DNA of 64,000 nt from Octopus sinensis (taxonomy: Eukaryota), in contig NC_043005.1 in assembly GCF_006345805.1 (NCBI RefSeq), forward strand, positions 100,564,001 through 100,628,000. The letters run 5' to 3'. The translations under genes and the position numbers were made by a program. A model generated the notes under the pieces. That model was not told the origin of the DNA and searched no databases. It saw nothing but the letters and a program-made list of their open reading frames with translations. Shown here in pieces: positions 26,486 to 39,824 of the stretch. Position 1 is the stretch's first letter; each line of letters opens with the position of its first letter.

Positions 26486-26930
26486 GGTGGTGAGCTGGCA
26501 GAACTGTTAGCATACTGGGCAAAATGCTGAGTGGTATTTTGTTTGCCGTTACATTTTGAGTTCAAATACCGCCGAGGTCGACTTCGCCTTTCATCCTTTG
26601 TGGGTCGATTAATTAAGTACCAGTGAAACACTGGAGTCAATGTAAGCAACTAGTCCCCTCTCCAAAAATTTCAGGCTTTTTGCCTTGAGTAAAAAGGATT
26701 GTTATCATTATTAAGGTGGCTAGCTGGCAGAATCATAAGTATGCTAGGCAAAGTGTTTAATAACATTTTGTCCAACTTTACATTCTAAATTCAAATTCCA
26801 CTGAAGTTGACATTGCCTTTCACCCTTTCAAGGTCGATAAGTTAAGTTCAAGTGAAACACTGGGGTCGATGTAATCGACTCGTCCCCTCCCCTGAAACTT
26901 CAGGCCTTGTGCCTGTAGTAGAAAGGATTG
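25715..26930 (+). mobile_element. Head-to-tail cluster of five SINE family C copies separated by (TAA)n/(TGA)n
   Basis: gctggcagaa heads near 25727, 26006, 26248, 26494, 26722; copies 3 and 4 are near-identical with a 246-bp period. Confidence 0.85.
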
Positions 26931-27079
26931 TTATTATAAAAAAGAAAATCATTTTCCAATTGAATTGCATTTTATTTCATCGAAGACATTTTTACATTAA
27001 ATGGAGAGAAAATTCCTGAGGATGAGGGTGGTTGATGTCAACACAATCTTTTGAGTCTCCAATATTATTGTTATTAGTA

Positions 27080-27648
27080 TTATTATTATTATTATTGAGT
27101 GAGGGAGCAGTTCATGCCATCAAAGTGACACTGGGGTAAAATATACGAAGCCCAGTATACCCATCATGACTACCCGTCTGATAAGGGTACACTAGGCACA
27201 TGCATCACAACCATATGTGCGCGACATGGTGATCTCATATCAAGATAAACAGCACATGACCTTGCAGGTGGGGCCCAGTTAGAATTTTCTTCAGGTTGAG
27301 TAGCCCATCCCGCTCAAAAGGTCTCTGATTTGTTTAAGGACGTTGAACGAAACACCCATGTTTCCAGAGGTGAATTATTCAAACCCCAAAGAATCCCTCT
27401 CAACACATGGCTATGATGCTCCCCTACTACTTTTGCTCGTGATCAGAGATGCACATATCGTCAGCCACTAAGGGACATGCTCAACTGGTTAAGGTCAAAC
27501 AACTGACAAGCAAATCTGTGGTATTGAGCAGAATATTTGCTGTAGCCCATCTTTTATACCAAGACAAAACAATGTACATGATAACACTTCCAATCAGTTA
27601 AGATCAGAAGCCATGAGAGCCACTGCCTGGTACTGCATCAGGGCATTT
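27080..27648 (-). mobile_element. Unclassified ~570-bp interspersed repeat (family D) with (AAT)n tail
   Basis: Near-identical sequence at 51180-51535 (truncated) and 57595-58103; no pol III boxes seen. Confidence 0.75.
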
Positions 27649-28524
27649 ATTTTTACTATTGTCATCGTCGTCATCATCATTAGGGTAGCAAGCTGACAGA
27701 ATCATTATCATGGCAGACAAAATGCTCACTGGCATTTCTTCCAGCTCTGAGTGCAAATGTTGCCGAGGTTGACTTTGCCTTTTCATTCTTTTAGGGTTGA
27801 TAAAATAAGTACCAGTCATACACTAGAGGTCAGTTTAATCAAATTACCCCACTACCCCACTACCACACACACACACACACACACACTAAAACTGCTGGGC
27901 TTGTGCCAAAATTAGATATAATAGTTATTATTACTGTTGTTGTTGTTGTTGTTGTTGTTGATACTGTTGCTACTACAACAGTATCATTTTATTAAGTTTA
28001 AATAATTAACATATTTAATGGATATACACCTAAGACTTTACACAAATTATATACATTATTTATTTCCATAACTGCATAAATTATGTTAATGAAAAGCAAC
28101 AGCCTAGACTTCGTATTTTAAGTGTGCTGGAAGCCACTTGCTGCATCATGGCCGTTGGTGTGGTTCTGGTGAGTGCTGTCATCGTTGTTATGGCACTGCA
28201 AGTTTGTTTCTAATTTTATCCATTTACTGCGGGGCCTTTTTTTTTGTTTGCTTGTTTGTTTAGAATCAAAAAGTAATGACCGCAGAAGTGACATGGAATA
28301 TGAATTGTGGGAAAGGAAATTGGAAATTTATTTTATTAATAAATAAATGTATAATTATTGAATTAAAAATAGACTTTTCGAAAAGCTGACATTTAAAAAG
28401 GAAACCAAACGAAATAAATAGCAGTGTTAAACATTCTATTTTATTTTATATTCTTTTAATAGCTTTAGTCCTGATATGATTTCAGTCCACTAAATATTGT
28501 AGCTAGTAATTCACTATGTATTAC

Positions 28525-28870
28525 AAGGCAGCAAACTGGCAGAATACTTAGCGGTGTTTCGTCTGCAGTTATGTTCTGAGTTCAAATTCTGCCAAGGTCG
28601 ACTTTGCCTTTCATCCTTTTGGGGTCGATTAAATAAGTACCAGTTATGCACTGGTTTCGATATAATCGACTTAATCCGTTTGTCTGTCCTTGTTTGTCCT
28701 CTCTGTGTTTAGCCCCTTGTGGGTAGTAAAGAAATAGGTATTTTGTCCCTGTTTACAATCTGAGTTCAAATTCTGTTCAGGTTGACTTTGCCTTCCATCC
28801 TCTCAGGCTGGATAAAAATAAGCATCAGATGTGTTCTGCGGTTGATGGCCTTGTGTCAAAATTTGAAATC
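28525..28870 (+). mobile_element. Dimeric SINE family C
   Basis: Full monomer ending gtaaagaaatag continues directly into gtatttt...gagttcaaatt of a second monomer. Confidence 0.75.
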
Positions 28871-29639
28871 AGTTTACAATATATTACAATTGATTATCTT
28901 CTTATTATAGAGTTTGTTGGAAAATTGTCCTTGATATGAGAAGTTCAAACACACACGATGGACGTGTGAACAGTTTTCATCCAACAAATTCCATTCACAA
29001 GATACTAGTAAACCGAAGGGATTTAGGAAAAGACACTTGCACAAGTTGTAGCAGAGTAAACTTCTTATATAGACGTGTGAGCATGTGTGTTTGTATATGT
29101 AAATGCATACATACATATATGCATGTGTGTGTGCATAAGTACATATGCATAAATATATATATGTGAGTATACATATGCATAAATATATATATGTGAGTAT
29201 ATATATATATGCTTTTTTGTTTTTGTTTGTTCCTTCTCGAGCCATGTCTGGCTCAACAGGTCTTCACAAGCAGAGTTTTGTGTCCCAAGGAGGAAAGGTA
29301 TGCATAAGTGGGCTGGCTACATCCCAAATAGAGGCCACGAGTTCAAACTAAGTAATACTCCAGTGAACAAATAGTAAAAATGCATTGTCCCTTGTTGTTA
29401 TTTATAGACATTTCTGAGTTGATATTGTCTGTTTATCAGATCACAACAGAGAAATTATGAGGTTTCTCAAGAAATGGAAAAATCTTTGTTCGAGTAAATC
29501 GTTGGTAATTGTGTCTGCAGACACAATTGTTGTTGCTGCTGTTTAACGTCAAGTTGGCATGAATAAAGTGACTCTATGTTTAAAAGTGTTCCAGGCAAAA
29601 TTATACCATCCTTTTATTTCTTTATATATATATTTTATA

Positions 29640-29830
29640 GCAGTGGAGGCACATGGCCAAGTGGTTAGAGTGTCAGCATCAGAATCGTAAGATTGTAGTT
29701 TTGATTCCTGGACCGGGGGACGTGTTGTGTCCTTGAGCAAAACACTTCATTTCACGTTGCTCCAGTCCACTCAGCTGGGGAACACATACGCCATAGAAAC
29801 CGGGAAACCGGGCCCATGAGCCTGGCTAGG
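29640..29830 (+). mobile_element. tRNA-derived SINE (family B head and CORE-like part)
   Basis: ggcacatggccaagtggttagag (box A), gtttgattcc (box B), ccttgagcaaaacacttcatttc core. Confidence 0.75.
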
Positions 29831-30839
29831 CTTTAAAAGGGCGCATTTATTATTTTGAATAGTTTATCTAGAACTACATTATCCAAATGAGTGCTTAGTT
29901 TTCTTTGATGAGAAGATGTGACTGAAGAGAGATTTGCCTGCCATTTTTAGCATGTTAAGTGACGACATAGCAGGTTAAGTGACCTCATTTACTCAGATAG
30001 ATTTTACACTGGTTTGATATTAGTTTCTTCCAAGTTATTAGCATCAATAGTACTGAAACTATAAACTTTCTTGTTAATATTACAGATGCATCAGTAAAGA
30101 ATACAGGCTGGCTTCATTACATGTTAATAACAATAGAGGAGAGATAAACTGGAACTATAGAAGTCTGGAACATAGCAGTTCTTTGGAACATTTCACATGG
30201 AACAGCAATATTTTATCAACTTGGCGTATTTCACAAGCATTATGAACATTTCTTCAACAATGCTCAAAACATTAATATATATTACACTTTTTTCTAATAT
30301 CCTGTGCCTTTCTCTCTCTCTCTCCTCCTACTTTCACATACACACCAACTATTTCTGTATCGTTCAGCTAGGAAAACATTAAAATTAAGGACATTCGTTC
30401 CAGAATCCTAATGGTTATTTTTCATTTTTCTTTTTCTTCTTGTGATATTATTTTATCAATATTCAATAATTTATCTGAAGTTCCCAGCTAATCAATAAGG
30501 CCATTAGTTCCATCAAAGAATTGCAATGTTTGGCTATTCTTTATGATTGCTTTAGATGTGTGCTTTAGTATTGCAATAATAGAATCTTATCACAGCTCAG
30601 AACTAAACTCCCTGGCACTTGCCAGTCTTAGAGATGTAACAACTGAACAAGCAAACAAAGGAAGCATTTCACTGAATAAAATATATTATTGTTTTAACTA
30701 GCAATTATACAGAAATTGATATACAAAAGTGGGACTACTTTATATATTTCACACAAATGCACTCTAAAATACAAAAAAATTCTTAATTTATAAACAAACG
30801 CACTAAATGAAGTATTAAAAATATGAATATCTATTTTCT

Positions 30840-31216
30840 TATTTCTTTATTGCCCACAAGGGGCTAAACATAGAGAGGACAAACAAGGACAGACAAGAGA
30901 TTAAGTCGATTATATCGACCCCAGTGCGTAACTGATACTTATTTAATCGACCCCGAAAGGATGAAAGGCAAAGTCGACCACGGAGGAATTTGAACTCAGA
31001 ATGTAGCGGTAGACGAAATACCGCTAAGCATTTCGCCCGGCGTGCTAACGTTTCTGCCAGCTCACCGCAAAGGTCAACTTTGCAGATGAAATACCGCTAA
31101 GCATTTCGCCCGGCGTGCTAACGTTTCTGCCAGCTCACCGCAAAGGTCAACTTTGCAGATGAAATACCGCTAAGCATTTCGCCCAGCGTGCTAACGTTTC
31201 TGCCAGCTCGCCACCT
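30840..31216 (-). mobile_element. SINE family C with a triplicated 73-bp head
   Basis: gaaataccgctaagcatttcgccc at 31015, 31088 and 31161. Confidence 0.85.
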
Positions 31217-31306
31217 TGATGAATGTCTATTTTTTATCTATCAAGCTACCGACCTGTATGTGTGTGTGTGTGTGTGTGTGTGATGAGCTAAGGGAAATAA
31301 CTGAAA

Positions 31307-32771
31307 TCTGTATATATAAAAGGCAGGGTGTGTGTGTGTACATTGAGTAATTTATGCACATCCACAAATTAGCATGCATATCGCTCCAATTTTAGGAGGA
31401 CATTCAGCACGACCCTAGCTGTATTTTCGTCAAATTATTTTTCCTGGGTCACCTATGAGTAGTGGTAAAAATCGATTTTCAACCTTAACTTTTACCAGGT
31501 TTGAAGTTTGCTAACATGAGTTAAATCACTTCTTGCTATAGCGAAGTGAAAATGTGTGTGTGTGAGGGTGAGAGAGAGAGAAGTTGTATTGATGTATGTC
31601 TGTGTGTGTGAGGGGGAGAGAGAGAGAGAAGTTGTGTGTTGATGTATGTGTGTAAGAGAGAGAGAGAGAGTGTGTGTATGTGACAGCGTTCACCAAAAAT
31701 AATAAATGTATGTTTTTTTTTTTAAACATGAGATATAGTATTCAAATTTTGGATGTTTTTGACACTATATTTTATAATCAGATTATATATACTTTATATA
31801 TACTTTCTCACACAACAATTAAAATATATTTATTTTAAATTTATTTATTTTAAATCGTTAATCTTTCTCCCCCCCCCCATCTCACACACATTACTTTGGG
31901 CACGAAAGGGTTTTGCTTTTATTTTACGCCAAGGAAAAAAGTGTTTTGTTGAGAATCCATTTATTTAATAACATAGAAACAAAGAGATAGGTAACAATTT
32001 GTCAGTGAATTACACAATATAAATGGGTAAAATTTCCGAGGCTCCACCACACCCCACCCCGTTTTCCGGACCACATAAAGGGTTTTGTAGCATATTAGGA
32101 GGCCAGGGTAGTTGATTCCATGCAAAAAATTCCATTTTTTTTTCTTAGTGAAAATCGTGCAAGTGTTATTTAAAAATTTGCCTGGAGTTGTTCATGGTAA
32201 ATTTGAGATTAAAATCAAATGTTTTCCATATTCTTAATCTCCATATTTTTCTACGTACATTGAAAAATAGATGGTGGAAAGATCAATGGGTATGGATGGG
32301 GTTGAAATTTCCGAGGCTTCCACCACACCAACACCCCATTTTTCGGACCACAAAAAGGGTTTTGTAACATATTAGGAGGCCAGGGTAGTTGACTCCGTGC
32401 AAAAAATCTGATTATTTTTTCATAGTGAAAATTGTGTGAGCGTTAATCTAAAAATTTACCAACCTGTTTTCCATTCATTTCTGTTTATGAAATTCTCTGT
32501 ACGTCTCGGTGGTCAAGGCAAATGATAACTGGCAAAGCAACAGTGCCCCAATGCTGACATTGGATACAGTGACCTGATCTACAATAATGCGCTGAATGAA
32601 ATCGAGGATGCCCTGCTAGAAATGGATGGGGCGGTGTTGAACACATTCGGTTTGCCATCCTCATTGCGAAAGGACGTTAACACACTCCAACCAAAATTAC
32701 TTCTGTCGTATGATGCTGATGGACTTGCGGAATACCTGAGAGACTTGCTCCCTGATCAGAGGCTGGTATTC
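31307..32771 (+). mobile_element. Helitron remnant: 5' TC end, microsatellites, direct repeats, RepHel fragment
   Basis: a|TCTGTATATATAAAAGGCAGGGTGTGTG 5' end similar to the complete element at 34685; ~130-bp repeats at 32030 and 32305; coding fragment at 32529. Confidence 0.65.
32529..32771 (+). pseudogene. Helitron RepHel fragment just upstream of the PIF1 helicase domain
   Basis: LAKQQCPNADIGYSDLIYNNALNEIEDALLEMDGAVLNTFGLPSSLRK...SYD...LLPDQRLVF fits the IYN.AL..IED.......L..FGLP...YD......L..EQ pattern of Helitron helicases; cut off by a SINE. Confidence 0.7.
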
Positions 32772-33125
32772 AGTCCCACTGTGTGGCACCTTGGGCAAGT
32801 GTCTTCCACTATAGCCTTGAGCCGACTAAAGCCTTGTGAGTGGATTTGGTAAACAGAAACTGAAAGAAGCCTGTCGTATATATGTATATGTATATATATA
32901 TGTGTGTGTGTGTGTTTGTGTGTCTGTGTTTGTTTCCCACAACATCGCTTGACAAATGATTCTGGTGCGTTTATGTCCCCGTAACTTAGCAGTTCAGCAA
33001 AAGAGACTGATAGAATAAGTACTAGACTTACAAAGAATAAGTCCTGGGCTCGATTTGCTCGACTAAAGATGGTGCTCCAGCATGGCCACAGTCAACTGAC
33101 TGAAACAAGTAAAAGAGTAAAAGAG
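32770..33125 (+). mobile_element. SINE family A lacking its 5' end
   Basis: Colinear with 6755-7095. Confidence 0.85.
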
Positions 33126-33449
33126 ACAACATAAATCTTTCCGAGTAGCAAACTAGTGGCAGTAGTAAAGTTTGAACACATAATTATGTGTTAGTAGTCT
33201 AACAGTTTAGCTTCACAACTATTCTGTTCCGATTTTTTAATTATTCTGTCCAGGAACATTTATACTTTATAGATAGTATGTGATTATATCTAACGGTGAA
33301 AAATGTCCATCATCTAGATAATACTGGACAAACAGTCATGATTTGATGTATCATTGAATATTATTAATAGGATAAGATAAAATATGTTTCTGAAAATGCA
33401 GATATTTCAACAAACCTATAATTCCTCATAATTACCACATTGCTCTACA

Positions 33450-36000
33450 CATTTATATGCAAATGCAAGAGGATTGCATATCTTGATAAGAACTTTCTAC
33501 AGACCCCTTTGAATAACACTATCAAAAGCCTTGGTAACATCATTAGTAACTATGAAGCGTTGAAGGATTTGCTCCCTAGTCTTTTCCTGAAGGTTACTGA
33601 AAATCATGTCAGTCATTCCTTGTTTGGCATATAAACCACATTGATTTTTCTCATTGTAAAAGATATTGAATGATTCACTCCAAAAGCAGCATGACAGTAA
33701 TTTTCTCAGTAATTACAAGTAAAGACACATTACGGTTGTCAAAGATCATATAATCACCTTTTCTTTTGTGGAGGCAAGGTATATTTGTGATAAAACAGAC
33801 AAATTCTTCTACTAATGACCTTTGCTCCCAAATAAGAAATGCAATGAATCATTGTACTTCTTTGAAATTCAGCAAAGATTGGTTTGATGAAAATAATCCC
33901 CAAATTAACGTTGCCAAATGATTTGAGTGGAGTTCAGAGGCACCGTAAAATTTGATTTATTTCCCTCTCATTGACAAATAATTATGTGATCAAGTTGATG
34001 CTGGTGTGGATGTTCCCAGATAAATTTCTACGTATTTTTCTGCTGAATAATATTAGAGCAAAGACAGAATCTTGTTTGAAATGATTTGTCACGGGAAAAG
34101 GGGTCCAGAAGATAATATGTTAACTAGAATCTGGTAAATCTCATTATAAAAGCTCCCTTTCACTGCCTTATTTGCTACAAGTGTTGGTGCATATGCGCTA
34201 ATTAATGTCACATAGGTCACTCCTCCAAGATCGGTATATTACCACAAGATTCATGAGCTTAAGCTATGGAGTTTTGTGGATATCACCACATAATTTCACA
34301 ATGGGATGCAAGGAACTATAATTCCAAATGGAACCATGACTGAATGTTTTACTGTGACATATGGTGTCAAACAAGGCTATGGCATTACTCTAATATTAAT
34401 TGAGTATCTATTTCTCAGTTATGCTCATGTCAGCTTTCAGAGAAATACCAACTGCCTTCAAGATGCAATTTCAAATTGATGGCAATATTTTCAACCTGGA
34501 ATGACATCAAGCTAAAAAGATATCACACTCACAGCATATCAGAAATGTTTGTGTCTGAGCTGCTTTTTATAAATGATTGCACCCATGTTGCCCATTCTCT
34601 TGAAGATATTCTAAGAATCCCAGAATTCTTTTTGGTTGTTACAAAAGAACTTTGGTCTCACAATAAGCATGAAGAAAACTGAAATCTCTATATATAAAGC
34701 TGATGTTGTTTGTGTGTGGCAGGTTTGGTAGCCTTCAACTAACACTATCTCCTCCAAGACCCTGCGATGCAAGTTGACCAAAATTAAGAGTATGATAGAA
34801 GAAGGCTTGCTCTTCATTCTGTAGGAGATAAAATTCAAATCGGACCATGTTAACACCAAAAATTATTTACATAAAAAAGGTGCTTTTTTTTCTATGAAAA
34901 TCCCTATTTTTTACGATTTTTTTGACTACTGTCACCATTTTTCGGTGTATTTCAACCAGAAAAATGTTCACTTAAAGAGAATAACAAGCTATATCATGCA
35001 AAATGTTTACTTTTCAAAAATTCCAGTTCTAAAGGGTAGAAACAAACCCAAGCAACACCGGGTGATACTGCTAGTACTTTATAAACACACATCGAGCATA
35101 TATCCTTCATTATGGATGGAAATAGGCTAAAAGTGGTGGAAGATTTTACTTGCATGAGGAGTGTTGAGTCTAGTAAACTAATTATGGATCTTAATGTATT
35201 CTCCAGAATTGACAAATCAAATATTGCTTTCAGTAGGCCAGCAAATTATTTTTGAAATGATTCAGAGATACTACTGCAGATAAAGATTTGAAGCATTAAC
35301 TGCATTCATGTTTGGTACAGAATCTTGTGCCCTGCACTGCAGTTCCTATCTTCACTATCTTCACAAAATCTGTAGCATACTACTGGGATTGATCTAATTG
35401 ACTGGCCTCCTCCCCCAAAATTTCGGGTCTCAAGTGACAGGACATAATAACAAATACAGAGGCTTTATCACACTATTATTCAGACATTTTCAAGGCAGTG
35501 AGCTGGCAGAAACGTTTGCATACCAGGCAAAATGCTTAGTAGTGTTTCCCCTGTTCTGAGTTCAAATTACACTGAGGTCAACTTTGTCTTTCATCTTTTC
35601 GGGGTTGATAAATCAAGTAGCATACTGGGATCGATCTAATTGACTGGCCCCCTCCGCCAAAATTCTGGGTCTTGTGCCTAGAGTAGAAAAGATTATTCAG
35701 ACATTTTCCAAGAGATATCAATTTTGATGGTGTGGCTATGTGGCTCTCATGCAGAATAATTGCATTCCCAAAATAGTAATTTAAGGCCAACATGATTCTG
35801 GAAGACATTCTGTGGGAACCTCACAGAAATGAAATAAAGTCTTTGTGAAGTAAATCTGAAAATATGTTACATGAAGTAAAACTTACTAATCATGATGGCT
35901 GAAGAACTCACAACATAAAGGGTACTAAACATTGTGAACAGGCTTTCTTGAAGATCCTTTAGAGAACAGAAGGAAGAAGGGATGTATAAAGAGAACCAAA
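33450..36000 (+). mobile_element. Old, decayed RTE/BovB-like LINE interrupted by a Helitron and SINEs
   Basis: Recognisable pieces: DWFDENNPQI (33880), FHNGMQG..TYGVKQG (34300-34380), ELLFINDCTHVAHSLEDI (34555), GNRLKVVEDF..SRIDKSNIAF (35120-35230), WCGYVALMQNNCIPKI (35730). Many stops and frameshifts. Confidence 0.75.
34685..35074 (+). mobile_element. Complete 390-bp non-autonomous Helitron
   Basis: A|TCTCTATATATAAAGCTG 5' end; 3' cccaagcaacaccggg hairpin then CTAG|T; inserted between A and T with no TSD; removal restores the RTE frame KKTEILYK. Confidence 0.85.
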
Positions 36001-36111
36001 CTGAATACAACCCCTTATAAAATTTTTTGTGCCCTTTGATGTCTGTTTGTATTTATACTATACATAACTTCTATAATGTTGATGGCAATTTATCCAAAGC
36101 TATGTATTATA

Positions 36112-37398
36112 TTGGGTTGTCCAGAAAGTTTGTGCAGATTTTTAAAGGAAAGAAAACAGTCAATAAATACTTGCCATTACATTTTTAATCAACCAAAGAT
36201 GAACTATTTTGTTGCACAATGCGTCTCCATCTTTCCTTTAACTTGAAAATACCCTCTTCCAAGAATCGAGGTGGTTTCATGGCAAAGAATTCATCAAGGT
36301 ATCTATTTACGTCATCCAAGGAATTGAAATTTTTACCATTAAGACTATTCTGCAGAGACCAGAATAAGTGGAAATGCAAAGGAGCAATATCTGGTGAATA
36401 TGGAGGGTGGGGTAACACATCCCAGCTGAGCTGCAGCAATTTTTGTCTGGTTCCCAAAGAAATGTGTGGTCTTGCATTATCATGTTGGAAAATAACACCC
36501 TTCTTGTTGGCCAATTCTGGACGTTTCTCTTGAGTAGCTGCTTTTAACTCATCCAGTTGTGTGCAGTATTTCTCAGAGCTAATTGTCTGGTTACTTGGGA
36601 AAAGCTCATAGTACAGAATTCCTTTCCAATCTCTACACAAAGCAAAATTTTTTAGGGTGAAGACCCGCTTTTGGGGTGGCTAAGGGTGCCTCATGTCGCT
36701 TACTCCAGGATTGCTTTCTCTCAACATTTCGGTAGATAATCCATTTCTCATCACCTGTCACAATTTGCTTTAAAAAAGGTGCGTTTTCATTCCAGTTATA
36801 AAGTGAATCACAGATGAAAATACGATCCAAAAGGTTCTTCTCACTCAACTCATCTAGTACCCAAACATCGTAGTGATTTGTGTACCCAAGCTTTCAAGCT
36901 TTACCAGGTGCTCACAAATGATGGATTTTGGTATGTTGAGGCTTTCTGCCAATTGTTAGGTCGTGCAATGTGGGTTATTCTCAATTAATGACTTGATTTG
37001 GTCATCATCTGTAGTGGATGGTCTACCTGATCGCTCTTTATCAATAAGGCTACAATCTCCAGCTCAGAACCTTCTGAACCACTTCTGTACAGTTCTTTTG
37101 AATAAAGAAACATCACCATAAACTGCGCATATTTCTTTGGTTACTTGTGAGGCATTTTTCCCTTTATGGAAAAAGAAAAGCATCAAGTGCTGAAAATGAA
37201 CTTTCTTATCTTCCATTTTAAAGGGTTACAGAATTAACACAGGTTATAGGAACACAAACCTTCTTCCACGAAAGGATTGCTTAAACTGTACTCTAAATGG
37301 AGGTGTAGTCAAATCCTGTTTTATGGACTCAACCATCTTCTAAAATAAGTCGAAAGGTAAGCTACTATAAATCGGCATGAACTTTCCGGACAACCCAA
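36112..37398 (-). mobile_element. Full-length (1287 bp) decayed mariner transposon, DD34D type
   Basis: TA|TTGGGTTGTCC[A/G]GAAAGTT TIRs at both ends with TA TSDs; IVTGDEKW, FQHDNARPH and HPPYSPDIAP motifs in ORFs 36633-36848 and 36185-36640; frameshifts and stops. Confidence 0.95.
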
Positions 37399-37884
37399 TA
37401 CATTCACGCATTTCTTAATGCATACTGATGTGCACCCACACATGTGCATATGTGTGCAGCTGCATGTGAATGCAATTGTTTTTAAACCAAAGAAAGTTAA
37501 AATTCAAAAGGTTATTTCCAATAAAATGAATATAAATTGGCAACAAAATATATTTGTGGAAATAAATTGAAAATATTTCTTTCTATGTATGTATGTATGT
37601 ATGTATGTATGTATGTATGTATGTATGTATGTGTGTATGTATGTGTGTATGTATGTATGTATGTATGTATGTGTGTGTGTGTGAGCAGGTATGCACAGAG
37701 GGAGAAAGGGAAAGAGAAGGAGGGAGATTTATATGTTCTCACATACACAAATATATAAATATACAGATATGTGAAGCTCAGAGTCATGAAATTTGAAGTT
37801 TCATACCAGCTTTAACATAAACATACATACAGACGTACATATATATCACCATATCTGCACACACAAACACAGAGAAATATACAC

Positions 37885-37944
<60 letters not shown>

Positions 37945-39217
37945 ATGTCTGTATGTATGATAGTAACGTTTCCACAATGTCCTTAAAGCATCAAAACAAA
38001 CGCTGGTTTTTCAGTATTTCATTTTCACATTCTCCATTGTTTCTGAATAACTTTGTAAAATTGTTGTCAAACAATCTACTTTTCTGTTATTCACTTTTTA
38101 TCCAAATCCTTTTCGATGATGATGATGATGATAACAACAACAATTGTGTAAATTCAAACATCTTACAAATTGTGTAAATTCAAACATCTTACAAAAATCT
38201 GTTTGTGTGTGTGTGTATACATACACACACATATATGTGTGTGTAGATTTACAGGCACTTATATACACATGCACACATACACATGCACACACGCATGCAC
38301 ACACACACACACACATGAGGAAAGCATTGAGTTTTAAAGTTCACATGCCATTAAGCGGAATGTTTCCACCATTTCATACCAAGTCTTTTTTTGGTAAATT
38401 AAAAACGAGTCTTTTTTCCCCATCCTTACATCATGAGAGTTTTGGAAAAATGTCTTTGCACACTATCATGGATAACGGACAGAGAAAACAGTTTTCATAA
38501 AGAAGGAGAGAAGAGTTTTGTAAAAAAAATTCTTTCCTCAGTGCCACGTGAACTTAACAAGATTTACACATTTATCAATAGTTTTAGCTGATATAGAGCA
38601 TCACTTGTTTTCCCTGTGGCTCAAGAATGGCCGTGTGGTGAAAAGTTTGGTTCTCAACTACATGTGTTTAAGTTCAACCCCACAGCATGTAACATTGGGC
38701 AAGTTTCTGCTACTGTAGCACACCAAATTTGGTAGATGGAAACTGAAAGAAGCCCATCAAACACACACACACACACACACGATAAAATAAGTGCCAGATT
38801 TTTAAAAGTAATGGGATCGATTTATTTGACTAAACCCTTGAAGGCAGTGCCAAAGCAGGGTTGCAGTCCAATGACTGAAACAAGTAAAGAATAATGCGTT
38901 TGGTGAATTCCTTTATTTTCTATAGAACACCAACACATGCATGTGCCTATAAGTTTGTTTGGAAAATATTTTCTCATTCCAAAAGTTATCATTTAACAAT
39001 TTAAAAAGATTGTATCTATTTTCAGGGCTGTCTTAGCTTAATGGTACAGAGCATGCAGTCAGAATCTGAGGGGAGCCGTGTTTGATTCCCTGTCGAGGCT
39101 TACTGGTCACTTTTCTTTTCTTTCTGTTTTAGTATTACTTTTGTAGTAGACTAGCGAGGTTAGCTGAATTATGTCCTTTCACTGGTAAACACCACCAGGT
39201 AGCATCACAGCTTGAGT

Positions 39218-39553
39218 CGAGACCCCCTTTGGTCATGACTGACCGTCGGATTGCACCTAGAAAGTTACCCTCCCAGGCACAAGTCCGGGCAAGGTTGTTT
39301 ATGGAAGACCAGCAGTCGCCCATGCATACCGGCCTCCCCTCTCTGTGCTACAGATGTTATCCAAGGGAAAGGCAACGGCCGATACAGCTTGGCATCTGTG
39401 ACATCGCAACTCATTTCTACAGCTGAGTGAACTGGAGCAACATGAAATAAAGTGTCTTGCTCAAGAACACAACACGCAGCCCAGTCCGGGATTCAAGCTC
39501 ACAATTTCCTGATGGTAAGCTCGATGCTCTAACCACTGAGCCATGCACCTTCA
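39218..39553 (-). mobile_element. SINE family B
   Basis: Colinear with 5581-5908. Confidence 0.8.
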
Positions 39554-39824
39554 TGAGCATTGCAGCTAACACCTATATATTCTGATGGTTGTGAATCTCT
39601 CTCCCGCTGCTTGGATGCCAAGAAGCACGAATTTCCCTCTCTCTGTTTGCCCAAACAAGGACAGCATCCAAGAGCTACACTGACATGTTTTGACTACTGC
39701 TATTTTTCTCTCACCACATGTTCAGCAAAGTATACTAAACCCTTCATGAACTCTCCATGTGAGTGTTGTATATATCTTGACTGAGACACTGTAGCTCATT
39801 GCTTTCAATCACAACAATAAAAAA

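Noticed and set aside
29507-29528. 22-bp perfect palindrome aattgtgtctgcagacacaatt
   Set aside because: Single and short, with no supporting context; a small fold-back duplication is sufficient explanation.
33140-33160. CTAGT as a possible 3' end of the 31307 Helitron
   Set aside because: No preceding GC-rich hairpin.
39025-39100. tRNA-like sequence with box A and box B
   Set aside because: Acceptor and anticodon stems do not pair; at best a decayed tRNA-derived SINE head.
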